Shown here: piece by piece, positions 26,528 through 36,317 of the stretch
How the letters are laid out: every line of letters starts with the position of its first letter
Numbering within the stretch: position 1 is the first letter of the stretch
Assembly (NCBI GenBank): GCA_009924895.1
Contig: RFQR01000006.1
Coordinates: forward strand, 1,800-65,799
Reading direction: 5' to 3'
DNA length: 64,000 bases
Source: a bacterium
GTDB lineage: Bacteria; Patescibacteriota; Minisyncoccia; Phycocordibacterales; UBA2100
Notes under the pieces: model-generated
What the model was told of the DNA's origin: nothing
What the model saw: only the letters and a program-made list of their open reading frames with translations
Database searches by the model: none
Translations under genes and position numbers: made by a program

Positions 26528-27676
26528 TCACGCCTTCCGCGTCTTTCTTTTTTTCATATCCCCATGTTCAGGATGAAATTGAATACGATCATAATATGCC
26601 TGTGTATCTTTCATTTTGCACCCACGTAGTTTTTCGCGCAAATAACATACAAACGAAATACGAGTAAACAGTTGGTCTCCACCCAATGTGCCCGTATCTG
26701 ATGAGTTGTTGTGTATTTTTGGAAGCGCCCTATTATATTTTTTATCAGCATCTGTTTCTATCATTTCGGTATTACAGTGCCATTCGTGCACATCCATTGC
26801 AAGAAAATCTCCCGTTCGCACATTAAATCCGATTTTATATCTCGGTAGAATTGTTGCTCCACCTGTATAACGACCCCGCTCAATTACAGACAGATTTCCA
26901 TACCCCTCTTTAAAATCCCCTGCATCTACATGTAGGGCTGTGCGAAAGTTTCTATTCACCGTAATCGATGAAAACGCCGTTTTAGTAATGCGATAGCGCG
27001 ATTTCTCAGAGGCAGCGGAAAGTTGTTTTGCATGTTTGTCCGGAATCAGGCGTTTAAATACGGAATCAATCGCCTCAATATAAGGTAATCCATGTTTATA
27101 TTGCTCGAAATACTTTTGTGTATAAGAAGTCAGGCGACATGGAAGGCCCATAAAAGGTGTTTCTTCGAAATATCCTAAGACGGAACTGAACACATTATTA
27201 TTCACGCGCATTTTGGAAAGTTTCCCGTTTTGTTTATACCTCGCAGACCAACCATTCACTTCCACAGGCTTCCGCTTTTTCCAATAGTTGGAATCATGTT
27301 GAATAGGCCCTGCAGCTGCTCCGCGATTTCGCGAGGATGCCGCCGTTTGATAATATGCTTCCCACCCGATTTTTATCAAATCATTCGGCAATACGTGTTT
27401 GCGAAAACGTGCGAGTAACTTCTTTTCGCCACTGGATGGATCGATACCGTATACATCTACATCCTCGTCCAGAATCTCATTCGCATCCTTTTCTGTAAAA
27501 TAGGTGCCCTCTCGCCCCTTTATTTCATCCTCCGTAAGCTGTGGCTTCAATGTTAGTTCGCGAACTTTCAGCTTTAACTCCTTTGCGTGACCTTCAGGTA
27601 TCTGCAACCCTTCATAGATTTCTGGCTTATAATGCTTTGCTTTTCGACTTACTCCTCTTTTTGAGTGTGCCACCAT
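26528..27676 (-). CDS. Hypothetical protein, possibly a 2OG-Fe(II) dioxygenase-like fold (HxD ... H motif).
   Basis: 382-aa ORF. TALHVDAGDF then ~45 aa later VHEWH, with a later TRISF (RxS-like). The functional call is weak. Confidence 0.35.
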   Translation of the reverse strand: MVAHSKRGVSRKAKHYKPEIYEGLQIPEGHAKELKLKVRELTLKPQLTEDEIKGREGTYFTEKDANEILDEDVDVYGIDPSSGEKKLLARFRKHVLPNDLIKIGWEAYYQTAASSRNRGAAAGPIQHDSNYWKKRKPVEVNGWSARYKQNGKLSKMRVNNNVFSSVLGYFEETPFMGLPCRLTSYTQKYFEQYKHGLPYIEAIDSVFKRLIPDKHAKQLSAASEKSRYRITKTAFSSITVNRNFRTALHVDAGDFKEGYGNLSVIERGRYTGGATILPRYKIGFNVRTGDFLAMDVHEWHCNTEMIETDADKKYNRALPKIHNNSSDTGTLGGDQLFTRISFVCYLREKLRGCKMKDTQAYYDRIQFHPEHGDMKKRKTRKA

Positions 27677-27752
27677 CCTACTCCATCGTTAGAGATTTAT
27701 AACGTATGCCCACACCCTTCAGAGATCTAAGTAGTTGCCGGTAACACACTGA

Positions 27753-28577
27753 CTATTTTCTATCCAAATGATATATTAGAAACCCCTTTTGAGATTCTAT
27801 AAACTCTTTATTTAAATTATAAAAACTTCTTCTATTCCAACTAAATCCGTAGTTAATATCCAGTAACTTATTCAGTATATCTATATCATTTGTAAGTAAT
27901 GTTTCAATAGACCATTGTAACTTTGTTATAGGAGTCGTATTTATAATTTCAAACCCATGGTATAGTATTAAATAAAATTGATAAATGATATAGTCAAAAT
28001 GATCCCAGATAATCGCATCATACGTAATCATATTTAAAAAAGGGTGTATATCGGCTCGTCTATACACTGGTAAATCGCTCCACCAAAAATAAAGAGTAAA
28101 GTTTTTTGTTACATCTTCAAGGTATTTCATTTTTTCCGGAAATAATGAAGCACAATTCTTTGTTATTCGTTTCGTTAGACAGTTCCCGTTTGTATCACCC
28201 GCATAAATTGTTTTAGTATCAAATATCTGTTTTATTTTATTGTTCATATTTTCACTTGTAAAGTTAGTGGGTATAATATCTATTTCACTGTCGCAACAAA
28301 CTATATACTCATATTTCGAATCGGCTAGATGTTTGAGTCCAAAAAATTTCTTATATGTAATTATTGATTTTGTTTCAAAAGGTTCACATACAATAGGTTT
28401 TATTTCGTTTTTCATAGTAAATCTATCATACTCCGTATTATTTGAAAATACTAGACATATATCAATATGAATATCATGCTCTTTTAGTTTATTGATTAGA
28501 TTATACATATAATGATAGTTAGGCGGGTGAATAGGAATTAGAATGGCAATATTGTCAATATGCATGTACATATACAT
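27753..28577 (-). CDS. Hypothetical protein encoded in an AT-rich compositional island, possibly glycosyltransferase-like.
   Basis: 274-aa ORF with strongly AT-biased codons (N/I/K/Y-rich), unlike its neighbours. Confidence 0.45.
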   Translation of the reverse strand: MYMYMHIDNIAILIPIHPPNYHYMYNLINKLKEHDIHIDICLVFSNNTEYDRFTMKNEIKPIVCEPFETKSIITYKKFFGLKHLADSKYEYIVCCDSEIDIIPTNFTSENMNNKIKQIFDTKTIYAGDTNGNCLTKRITKNCASLFPEKMKYLEDVTKNFTLYFWWSDLPVYRRADIHPFLNMITYDAIIWDHFDYIIYQFYLILYHGFEIINTTPITKLQWSIETLLTNDIDILNKLLDINYGFSWNRRSFYNLNKEFIESQKGFLIYHLDRK

Positions 28578-28605
28578 AAGAAAAATAATATGTCAAGGAG
28601 TCGAT

Positions 28606-29073
28606 TTAGAGTTTCTCACCTTGCGTCGTCCACCATAAAAGACCCCCTGCTATCGCCACGACACCCGCCCCCAGCACCGCCCCCTTCATCATAGACCGTG
28701 AATCAATCTCTTCAAAATCAACATTTGTAATAAAAGGGCTCTTTTCCCTTGCCCCAATACGTGTATAAAAGTTGATAGATTCTATCTCGGTGATTGTGGG
28801 TTTACCCAATAATGTATTTACCTCATTATGAAGCCGAACTGTCCAGCGAAACAAATCATCGCGGCGATCCAGGTGAGGCGATATAGGCAACTTTTGTAAA
28901 TGTTGTTTATAATGCTCACGGCATATGGGACAGGGTATCAACTCTGTCATACTTTCATAAAACTCTTTTGCCGCCCGCTTTTGCGCATATGTCGGGTTGC
29001 TGGGATATGAAAGTGCAACTACATGAATCGTATGCCAAAATATAGGTCCCCAGACATTCGGAGGGAATCGCAT
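28606..29073 (-). CDS. Erv1/ALR-family FAD-linked sulfhydryl oxidase with a C-terminal TM anchor.
   Basis: WGPIFWHTIHVVALSYP...CPICREHY (CxxC) plus a hydrophobic C-terminus. Typical of the NCLDV E10R/pB119L class. Confidence 0.8.
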   Translation of the reverse strand: MRFPPNVWGPIFWHTIHVVALSYPSNPTYAQKRAAKEFYESMTELIPCPICREHYKQHLQKLPISPHLDRRDDLFRWTVRLHNEVNTLLGKPTITEIESINFYTRIGAREKSPFITNVDFEEIDSRSMMKGAVLGAGVVAIAGGLLWWTTQGEKL

Positions 29074-29154
29074 ATTTTCTGCTATATATGCGATGTATCT
29101 TTAAAGTGTGCCTAAACGCGTGGAAAGTATACCTAATAGCAGTGTTTCATACAC

Positions 29155-30063
29155 ATGAAACAATACAAAATATTTACACCCACAACCGTGACATGCACAA
29201 ACTGTTCCCAAATAGGCCATGTATCCAAAATTTGCCACCAGCCTATTACAAGTTATGGAGTTATTCTATTTCGTCTACGGGGAGGGTGGAATCAGGCGAA
29301 TGCACTTCTTCAAGGAAACACCACCGGAATCGAAGGCCTTCAACAAAATATTGAATATCTCTTAATTCAGCGTAAAGATACCATTGCGTTTATTGAAATT
29401 ATGCGAGGGAAATATCGCACAAATGACAATGAATATATAAAACAACATCTTTCGCATACAACGGCGGAAGAGCGTATCAAACTTCTTACTCAAAGTTTTG
29501 ATACATTATGGGAAAGCCTCTGGGGGCCTCCCCAAGAGGGTTCCCATAACTATAAAAATGAAAAGGAAATTGCGCGTCAAAAGTTGGAAACCATACAGCC
29601 GATTCTTGCAGATTTAATAAAAGACTGTGGAGGGCCGTGGGAAACACCCGAATGGGGATTTCCAAAAGGGCGACGCGAAAATGGGGAATCCGAATATAAC
29701 TGTGCAATGAGGGAACTTTGGGAAGAGACAAACATATACGAAAAGGAAATATATCCTATTCGCAATATGGAGCCTATACGAGAAATATTTTACGGGACCA
29801 ATAGTATTCAATATTGTCATAAATATTATATTGCATATGCGCCTGCAGGGCTTGGAGAAGAACCGATTGAACAGGCTGCATTGACGAATAAGCATATTAA
29901 ACAAGAAGTGAGTGCGATACGATGGTTACCATTTGACGAAGCGGTTGAATATATTCGCCCTGAAAATCCAGAAAAACGGGAAGTGTTGCTCCGGGTTCAT
30001 ACTCTTTTAACAAAATATTGTCCCCTTGCGGTAACAAATATAGATTTGAAAAAATCAATATAG
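29155..30063 (+). CDS. Nudix hydrolase (mRNA-decapping D9/D10-like) with an N-terminal CCHC zinc knuckle.
   Basis: Nudix box GRRENGESEYNCAMRELWEETNI; CTNCSQIGHVSKIC. Confidence 0.75.
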   Translation: MKQYKIFTPTTVTCTNCSQIGHVSKICHQPITSYGVILFRLRGGWNQANALLQGNTTGIEGLQQNIEYLLIQRKDTIAFIEIMRGKYRTNDNEYIKQHLSHTTAEERIKLLTQSFDTLWESLWGPPQEGSHNYKNEKEIARQKLETIQPILADLIKDCGGPWETPEWGFPKGRRENGESEYNCAMRELWEETNIYEKEIYPIRNMEPIREIFYGTNSIQYCHKYYIAYAPAGLGEEPIEQAALTNKHIKQEVSAIRWLPFDEAVEYIRPENPEKREVLLRVHTLLTKYCPLAVTNIDLKKSI

Positions 30064-30068
30064 GATAG

Positions 30069-33000
30069 ATGTCTGTTGAAACACACACAGAAGATATTCT
30101 TCGGAAATGGCATACTCTTCCAATAGAAGAACGAGACAAACTTTTTGAAAAAGCCGGCGATATGGGCCTGTATCCTAGGGTCATGCGGGAAACAGATGCA
30201 TGGGAAGAATATGCCGGCCTTTATCCTGATACAGATGATCCGCGATTTATAGAAAAGTTGATGCGTAAACAGGAGTTTGCCGAAAATAGGCAAGAAAGTA
30301 TTGCAGAACAGAAAAAAAAGAATGTAAATCCGTGCGATCCTGAAAAGGAGTTTGAGTTAACACCGGTGCAGCGTTTTATAGGCCGGTATTTATCTCCTCA
30401 ATGCCCATATCAATCTGCATTACTTTATCACGGAGTAGGTGTTGGTAAAACGTGTGCAGCCATTACTGTCGCTGAAAACTTTTTAGCGACGTATCCTCGT
30501 AAACAAGTAATTATTATATCGCCTAGAAATATTCAGCCCGGATTTCGGAGAACTATATTTGACGACGAAGCTCTGCAAATAGGAGAGGGGGATACTCCTA
30601 ATACGGCAAAAGGGTGTACGGGAAATGGGTATTTGAAACGCACGGGAAGCGAGTTGGAACGCGACCGCGACGTAGTTATTCGGCGTATATCTCAATCCAT
30701 ACAGACACGGTATCTGTTCATGGGGTATATCCAGTTTCATAGAATGATTGATGATCTTATAAAACGAGTCCCAAAAGGGCTTGATGAAGAAGCGGCAATT
30801 ATGCAGCGGGATCGTATCCTTCGACGTGAGTTTGGCGGGCGTTTGGTGATTATTGATGAGGCGCACAATTTGCGTGATACTCCTGGTGAATCGATGGACG
30901 ATGATACAGATAATCCTGGGGGGGATATGGAGCTGACAGAGTCTCAGGCGGGTAAGAGATTAACACCGAGTCTCATAAAAGTGCTACATGCATCGGAAGG
31001 GATGAAACTTCTCTTAATGACAGGAACTCCCATGTATAACTCGTATAAGGAAATCATTTTTTTATTAAACCTCTTACTCATGAATGATAAGAAAGTGACT
31101 CTCTCCGAAAGGGATATTTTTACTCCGTTGACAGGGGCCTTTATAAAAGGGGAGCCTGGGCGAAAAAGTGGAAAGGAGATTCTGGGCGCTGCGGCGAATG
31201 CCTATGTTAGTTTCATGCGCGGTGAGAATCCTCTCTCCTTTCCTGTGCGCCTACAACCCATGAACACTCCTATATTGGATGCCTGGCCTGAGAATAGTCC
31301 CGACGCGAAGCCTATACCTGTAGAGCAACGCGAACGTATGACGCGACTTCCCATCATTCCAGTTTCGTTTGAAGGGGGGTCTATGAATGAATATTTGAAA
31401 ATTTCCGAAGAAGCCATTGAAGCCGGTGGCCTAGGTGTAGGGAGTATTGATGAAATGGTGCAATCCGGTAACTGGCTTTTTCCAACCGAGGGGGGAGTTC
31501 AGATTCGGGACGGGGGATTCGACGGGTGTTTTGAGGATGTAGGAGGAGTATCCCAGTTTCGTTCGCGCGGAAATAGTAGTTGGCTATTGCGCGAGAATCT
31601 TGGCACGGCATCTCCTAAAGCAAAGTTCACGCTGCAGCGCACACAAACCGCCAAAGGGGTGATTTTCATTTATAGTCGGTTTATTAAATCAGGGGCGCTT
31701 ACATTAGCACTCGCGCTAGAAGCAAATGGCTATACTCCTTGGGGAGATCGGAAACCACTTCTTATGAATGGTATTCAGGATGATCAGGGGCGTCAATGCG
31801 CTCTATGCCCGAAGCGTGAAAAGAATCATGGAGGTGCGGGGCATAAATTCATTCCGGCAAAATATATTCTGATTACGGGGCGTGCAAATCTGTCTCCCAA
31901 CAATGCAAAAGCAATTCAAGCCGCGCGGGCAAAAACGAATATGGATGGGCGCGAAGTTAAAATCATCATTGGCTCGCAAGTAGCATCCGAAGGCATTGAT
32001 TTCCGATTTGTGCGCGAAATATACGTATTTGACAGTTGGTTTCACCTGAATAAAATGGAGCAAGTGCTGGGTCGTGGGATTCGTACATGTTCACATTCAC
32101 TTATGGATGAGGATGAACGGAACTGCACGATTCACTTACTCGTAAACTCATTCGGCGGAGAGCAGGATACCGAAACAGCGGATATGTATATGTATCGGAA
32201 TGCAATGTCAAAAGCCATGCAAGTGGGGCGCGTGACACGTGTATTAAAGGAATATGCCCTCGATTGTAATCTGAATCGGGATGCCATTCTTGTCACCGGA
32301 TTAGCGACACAAAGACATGTAGACGCACAGGGGACGGTTCGCGAAGAAGTAAATATTAATGATACACCCTTTACAAATGTGTGCGATTGGATTGAAACGT
32401 GCGAGTATGAATGTGCAAAACCGGTGGATGCCGATACACCCCTTGATATGAGCAGTTATGATGATTATAGTGTAAAATGGCGAGAAAGTGAATTGCGGTC
32501 GGCTATACGAAAGATGTTTCAACAACGAGAACAACCCGTATTTTCATTGGAACACATACACGATATAATGAAGAAGATGTCTATTCCTACGAGGGCCGTT
32601 TCAGGATTGCTTGCAGATATTGTAGGAAATCCATCGTTTCGAGTCCAAATGCCTGTACACAAGTCGGGTAAAATGATTGATGGATATATTGTGTATCGGA
32701 ATGGATATTACATGTTCCAGCCAGATTATTTGAATGATATACGGGTTCCTTTGGCGCTTCGGGTAGCAGATGTACCTGTAAAACGAGATATGTTTGATCC
32801 CACAACTATAAAAGTAAAACCTCTTTCGGAGGCGGCTGCAAAGGCACCTGAACCAACTACGGCAGAAACCCCGTTGGTAGTCGCCCCTATCCAAGAGGGC
32901 ACTCTTCCTAGTTTTTGGCGAAACATTAAAGAATGGGCTATTGCCATTTCCGAGTCCAAAGCCCCCTTGGAAGATATTCCCGAATCCTTGCAAAAAGCGA

Positions 33001-33920
33001 TTTCAGAACGGTATGCAGGGGATGCAGAGTTCCGCGAAAATGATCAACTCATCATGATTAACTGGCTATATGAATACATTCATAAGTCTACGGAGTTTAC
33101 AGAAGAAAATCGCCGTAATTATTTGATAGCTTTATCGGAATCTCTTTTGGGAATGGTCTGGGATGAAAGTCTTCGACCCAATGAACAACTCCAACTCCTT
33201 TCAACGGACGACGCTATTGCAAATGCAATAGCAAAATCCGGTGGCCAAGTTCTTGTAAAGGGGGGGACTACGAGTTATCGTGTTATAGATATTTCTACAG
33301 GTGGTATGAAATACTATTGCGGAAAAGTGCCCTGTTCAGAGGCCGTGAGCCGAATCTTTGATACGAATGAGGCAGACCCCTTTCATACTCTAAAGGCAGA
33401 TTCGAGCACTACTGCGCCAATCTATGGGTTTATAGTTCCAAAAGGGAAGGAGGGTCGGCTTGTATTTAAAACAAATGAACGGCCTGTCCCCCCTGGAACA
33501 AAACCTGAAAAGGGGGGTGAATGCTCCATAGTAAGCACCATATCATTTCATATTCGCATGCTAAAAGATATTGCAAAGTTGATGGAAGCGGATGGATATC
33601 CTACATTTATCTTGAAAGATGAATATTTGGATGAAAAGGCTATCAAACGACGCCAAGAAAATGAGGCCAAGGAGGCCGCAAAAGCAGCCGGCAAAAAGTT
33701 TGAAAAGGAAATGATACTACCCCCTGTCCGAGCGACACAATATGCAAAAAAGGGGAAACATTTGTTCAAAACGCGCACATTTGAAAATGCCGTTCGAGCC
33801 TGTGCCTTGAAAAATATCATTTTACGTATGATTGATTTCTTACAAGTAAAAACGGGGGGAAGGCGATACTTTTATCGCCCAGTTGCTGCTTTGAAATCGG
33901 ACCATAAAGGGAGTAAGTAA
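30069..33920 (+). CDS. D6/D11-family SNF2-like helicase, VETF small-subunit (vaccinia D6R)-like, with a long C-terminal extension.
   Basis: YHGVGVGKTCAAI, VIIDEAHNLRD, LLMTGTPMYNS, VIFIYSRFIKSGALTLALALEANGY, GSQVASEGIDFRFVREIYVFDSWFHLNKMEQVLGRGIR. These parallel the vaccinia D6R motifs. Confidence 0.8.
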   Translation: MSVETHTEDILRKWHTLPIEERDKLFEKAGDMGLYPRVMRETDAWEEYAGLYPDTDDPRFIEKLMRKQEFAENRQESIAEQKKKNVNPCDPEKEFELTPVQRFIGRYLSPQCPYQSALLYHGVGVGKTCAAITVAENFLATYPRKQVIIISPRNIQPGFRRTIFDDEALQIGEGDTPNTAKGCTGNGYLKRTGSELERDRDVVIRRISQSIQTRYLFMGYIQFHRMIDDLIKRVPKGLDEEAAIMQRDRILRREFGGRLVIIDEAHNLRDTPGESMDDDTDNPGGDMELTESQAGKRLTPSLIKVLHASEGMKLLLMTGTPMYNSYKEIIFLLNLLLMNDKKVTLSERDIFTPLTGAFIKGEPGRKSGKEILGAAANAYVSFMRGENPLSFPVRLQPMNTPILDAWPENSPDAKPIPVEQRERMTRLPIIPVSFEGGSMNEYLKISEEAIEAGGLGVGSIDEMVQSGNWLFPTEGGVQIRDGGFDGCFEDVGGVSQFRSRGNSSWLLRENLGTASPKAKFTLQRTQTAKGVIFIYSRFIKSGALTLALALEANGYTPWGDRKPLLMNGIQDDQGRQCALCPKREKNHGGAGHKFIPAKYILITGRANLSPNNAKAIQAARAKTNMDGREVKIIIGSQVASEGIDFRFVREIYVFDSWFHLNKMEQVLGRGIRTCSHSLMDEDERNCTIHLLVNSFGGEQDTETADMYMYRNAMSKAMQVGRVTRVLKEYALDCNLNRDAILVTGLATQRHVDAQGTVREEVNINDTPFTNVCDWIETCEYECAKPVDADTPLDMSSYDDYSVKWRESELRSAIRKMFQQREQPVFSLEHIHDIMKKMSIPTRAVSGLLADIVGNPSFRVQMPVHKSGKMIDGYIVYRNGYYMFQPDYLNDIRVPLALRVADVPVKRDMFDPTTIKVKPLSEAAAKAPEPTTAETPLVVAPIQEGTLPSFWRNIKEWAIAISESKAPLEDIPESLQKAISERYAGDAEFRENDQLIMINWLYEYIHKSTEFTEENRRNYLIALSESLLGMVWDESLRPNEQLQLLSTDDAIANAIAKSGGQVLVKGGTTSYRVIDISTGGMKYYCGKVPCSEAVSRIFDTNEADPFHTLKADSSTTAPIYGFIVPKGKEGRLVFKTNERPVPPGTKPEKGGECSIVSTISFHIRMLKDIAKLMEADGYPTFILKDEYLDEKAIKRRQENEAKEAAKAAGKKFEKEMILPPVRATQYAKKGKHLFKTRTFENAVRACALKNIILRMIDFLQVKTGGRRYFYRPVAALKSDHKGSK

Positions 33921-33932
33921 GTGCGCAAGGGT

Positions 33933-33940
33933 AAAATTGA
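33933..33940 (+). promoter_or_regulatory. AAAATTGA motif 31 nt upstream of the Rpb7-like ATG.
   Basis: Exact octamer. The spacing equals that upstream of eIF4E and of the poly-E protein. Confidence 0.4.
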
Positions 33941-33970
33941 GTATATTCTAAGTTGATAGGAGTGTATAGG

Positions 33971-34606
33971 ATGGAATACAATGCAGTGTTTGAAGAACAG
34001 ATTGCCTTAACGCCCAAAGATATGCGGATGAAGATTGATTCGATTGAAACAGTTCTTCAAAATAAACTGCAGGCAAAACTGGAGGGGCGTTGTTCACGGG
34101 ATGGTTTTGTTCAACCCGGCACAATAAAAGTTCTTTCGAGGTCCATGGGACATTTGGAAAAGGGGCTCTTCACGGGAAGTATACTCTTTCACATTCAAGC
34201 GGAAGGAAGTGTCTTAAATCCCCCCGACGGAACCGTTTTAGAAGGTGAAGTTATACGAAAAAATAAAATGGGGATTTACGTCTCATATAAAGATGCTATT
34301 CGTGTGATTATTCCTCGCGATCTACATATCGGTGATGAAGCGTTTGAGGCCGTCGAGATTGGTCAAACGGTGGAAGTAGAAATCAAAAAGTCCCGCTTTC
34401 AGGTGAATGACCCATATATTCTGAGCGTGGGTATGTTCCGGTCTGTCATCGGAGCTGCCCCCGCTCCCGCAAAGAATGTGGTCAAACCGATACCTGTGAA
34501 GACGGTTCCTAGCCCCGAGGATACAGAGGAAGACTCGGATGAAAATGAGTTGGCAGATGCATTTGCCGCGGAAGAGGATGATACAGCAGAGAAAGAAGTA
34601 GAATAG
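33971..34606 (+). CDS. RNA polymerase subunit Rpb7/E'-like (RNP + S1-like) with an acidic tail.
   Basis: N-terminal pattern L.P......I...L...L...LEGRCS.DGFV plus a central beta-rich S1-like region. The call comes from overall pattern only. Confidence 0.45.
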   Translation: MEYNAVFEEQIALTPKDMRMKIDSIETVLQNKLQAKLEGRCSRDGFVQPGTIKVLSRSMGHLEKGLFTGSILFHIQAEGSVLNPPDGTVLEGEVIRKNKMGIYVSYKDAIRVIIPRDLHIGDEAFEAVEIGQTVEVEIKKSRFQVNDPYILSVGMFRSVIGAAPAPAKNVVKPIPVKTVPSPEDTEEDSDENELADAFAAEEDDTAEKEVE

Positions 34607-34607
34607 A

Positions 34608-34907
34608 ATGAGTGCTGCCGCCGCTGCATTATCAAATGCAGAATATGATGAACGTAGAAAAGCATTAGAGTATATTCGAACACTATCTAAATCAGAACTG
34701 GAGGAAATTTATAAAATCCTGAAAAATGCAAAAGCCGAGTTTAGCGAAAATAGCAATGGAGTTTTTTTTGATCTTTGTAAACTTCCGGCGGACGTCTTTG
34801 CTGAACTTCAAAAGTTTATTGAGTTCTGCAATAAGATGCGCGACGACTTTGCTTTACGAGAGGAAGAGGAACGAAAGGCGCAAGAAGCCCTTGATAGGGA
34901 CAGCTGA
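34608..34907 (+). CDS. Small hypothetical protein.
   Basis: 99-aa ORF directly abutting the previous stop. Confidence 0.3.
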   Translation: MSAAAAALSNAEYDERRKALEYIRTLSKSELEEIYKILKNAKAEFSENSNGVFFDLCKLPADVFAELQKFIEFCNKMRDDFALREEEERKAQEALDRDS

Positions 34908-34941
34908 CCCTACTAAAGCTCTCCCGCTATTCCATATAGGA

Positions 34942-35706
34942 ATGGAAGTGTTACGCAGAATTCAAACATGGGCTACACAGAATCCCCATCGGACGCTCAA
35001 AGTGTTTCCGATAGAGATTTCCGTGGTATCGGATACACAGGAAGGGCATGAGGCGCCTGCGACCCTCCCTGGAGGCTGGTCACCTACACCTCTCGAGCCA
35101 CCTGGACCCGTGAGTCTATATCTGTGGAAGACGAATCCCGAATTCCGGGCGGCCACACCGCCTGTTCGTAGAACCATTCTGCGTGATATGATTTTAAAGA
35201 TTACGGAGAGGGCGGATGCGGAGCTTCGTGGTATTAAATGGCAGCGCAAAAAGATTTTAGAGCAGGTTGCGGCACAGCAGACGTCTGCTGTCTCGCCACC
35301 TATGGATACACATGAGCTCGATATTGGAATGTGTGCCTTGTTTGGATATCAAAAAGTGTCTGTGGATGAGGCGAATAAGAAGGTGCGATTTTTTCCCGCG
35401 GATCCACGGACGTGGTCTACGGAACTTCCCGTCTGGGGAGGCACGGCTGGGTCTCGTGCCGTTCTTCATGCCAGGGGAGAGTCTTCTGTAGGTGTTGGAA
35501 TTGCCGCATGGGTTGGTGACAGGGAACGCGAAGGATGGAAGATTGATTGGCCCGAGGCGGAAGGGACCCTGGAAGAGATTAAAAGTAAAATGGCCCAGCG
35601 CGGGACGGGTTTAGGGCCACGATTAGATAAACCGAAAAAGGCAGATTGGGCGGCCGCGTTAGGACGTGCGGAGGCTATTGCGGCGTTGGGAAAAGTATAT
35701 ATCTAA
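34942..35706 (+). CDS. Hypothetical protein in a locally GC-richer stretch.
   Basis: ORF 34726..35706 trimmed to the Met at 34942. Confidence 0.4.
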   Translation: MEVLRRIQTWATQNPHRTLKVFPIEISVVSDTQEGHEAPATLPGGWSPTPLEPPGPVSLYLWKTNPEFRAATPPVRRTILRDMILKITERADAELRGIKWQRKKILEQVAAQQTSAVSPPMDTHELDIGMCALFGYQKVSVDEANKKVRFFPADPRTWSTELPVWGGTAGSRAVLHARGESSVGVGIAAWVGDREREGWKIDWPEAEGTLEEIKSKMAQRGTGLGPRLDKPKKADWAAALGRAEAIAALGKVYI

Positions 35707-35713
35707 AATAGAG

Positions 35714-36097
35714 ATGCCTATATCACCTAATCAATTACAAAAAGGCCATACATATACTTTAGTTGGAATAAGGGGAAAGAAAGTAACGAATGTAGAAAAA
35801 GACTGTACATATAAGGGTCTTTCACCTGAAACTACAACATTTCGTAGGTTTACAGATAATAGTGGTAAAACGTTTGCATATGAAGAATACCATTATGATA
35901 AGCGACAGGAGATTGACTATGGTTATAAATTTTATATGAACAATGATACAGATATTCCAACGGTGGGTGAGACGATAAGGGCAAGTAGTGTGCCCAAACC
36001 TCGAACTCATTCACGCTCTCGATCAAAGACACGACGCAGTAAGTCAAAGACTGGTGGAGGAACGTTGCGATTGAAAAAAGAAAAGAGAACCCACTAA
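35714..36097 (+). CDS. Small protein with a basic SR-rich tail ending SKTGGGTLRLKKEKRTH.
   Basis: Shares its last ~15 codons and its 3' flank with the ankyrin gene at 36318..37070. Confidence 0.4.
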   Translation: MPISPNQLQKGHTYTLVGIRGKKVTNVEKDCTYKGLSPETTTFRRFTDNSGKTFAYEEYHYDKRQEIDYGYKFYMNNDTDIPTVGETIRASSVPKPRTHSRSRSKTRRSKSKTGGGTLRLKKEKRTH

Positions 36098-36180
36098 TTT
36101 AATACGCGAACATCATTCCGCCCCGCCCACCATACACACGAAATATGTTATACGTTTCTGCCCACACATAAACTAGGTAT
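36000..36180. repeat. Copy 1 of a dispersed ~125-180-bp module (coding tail plus 3' flank).
   Basis: ggaggaacgttgcgattgaaaaaag...taatttaatacgcgaacatcattccgccccgcccaccatacacacgaaatatgttatacgtttctgcccacaca. Confidence 0.8.
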
Positions 36181-36317
36181 CTCGGCACATTATATGTGGT
36201 GGTATATCCAGCCAAGGAAGATTTTTTTGTTTTTTTTAAGGTCGGTAATGCTATTCGATTTTACCATTACCGGCAGCCCTAATCTGCGGATTTTTAATAA
36301 AGCGGTACATATAGAAA

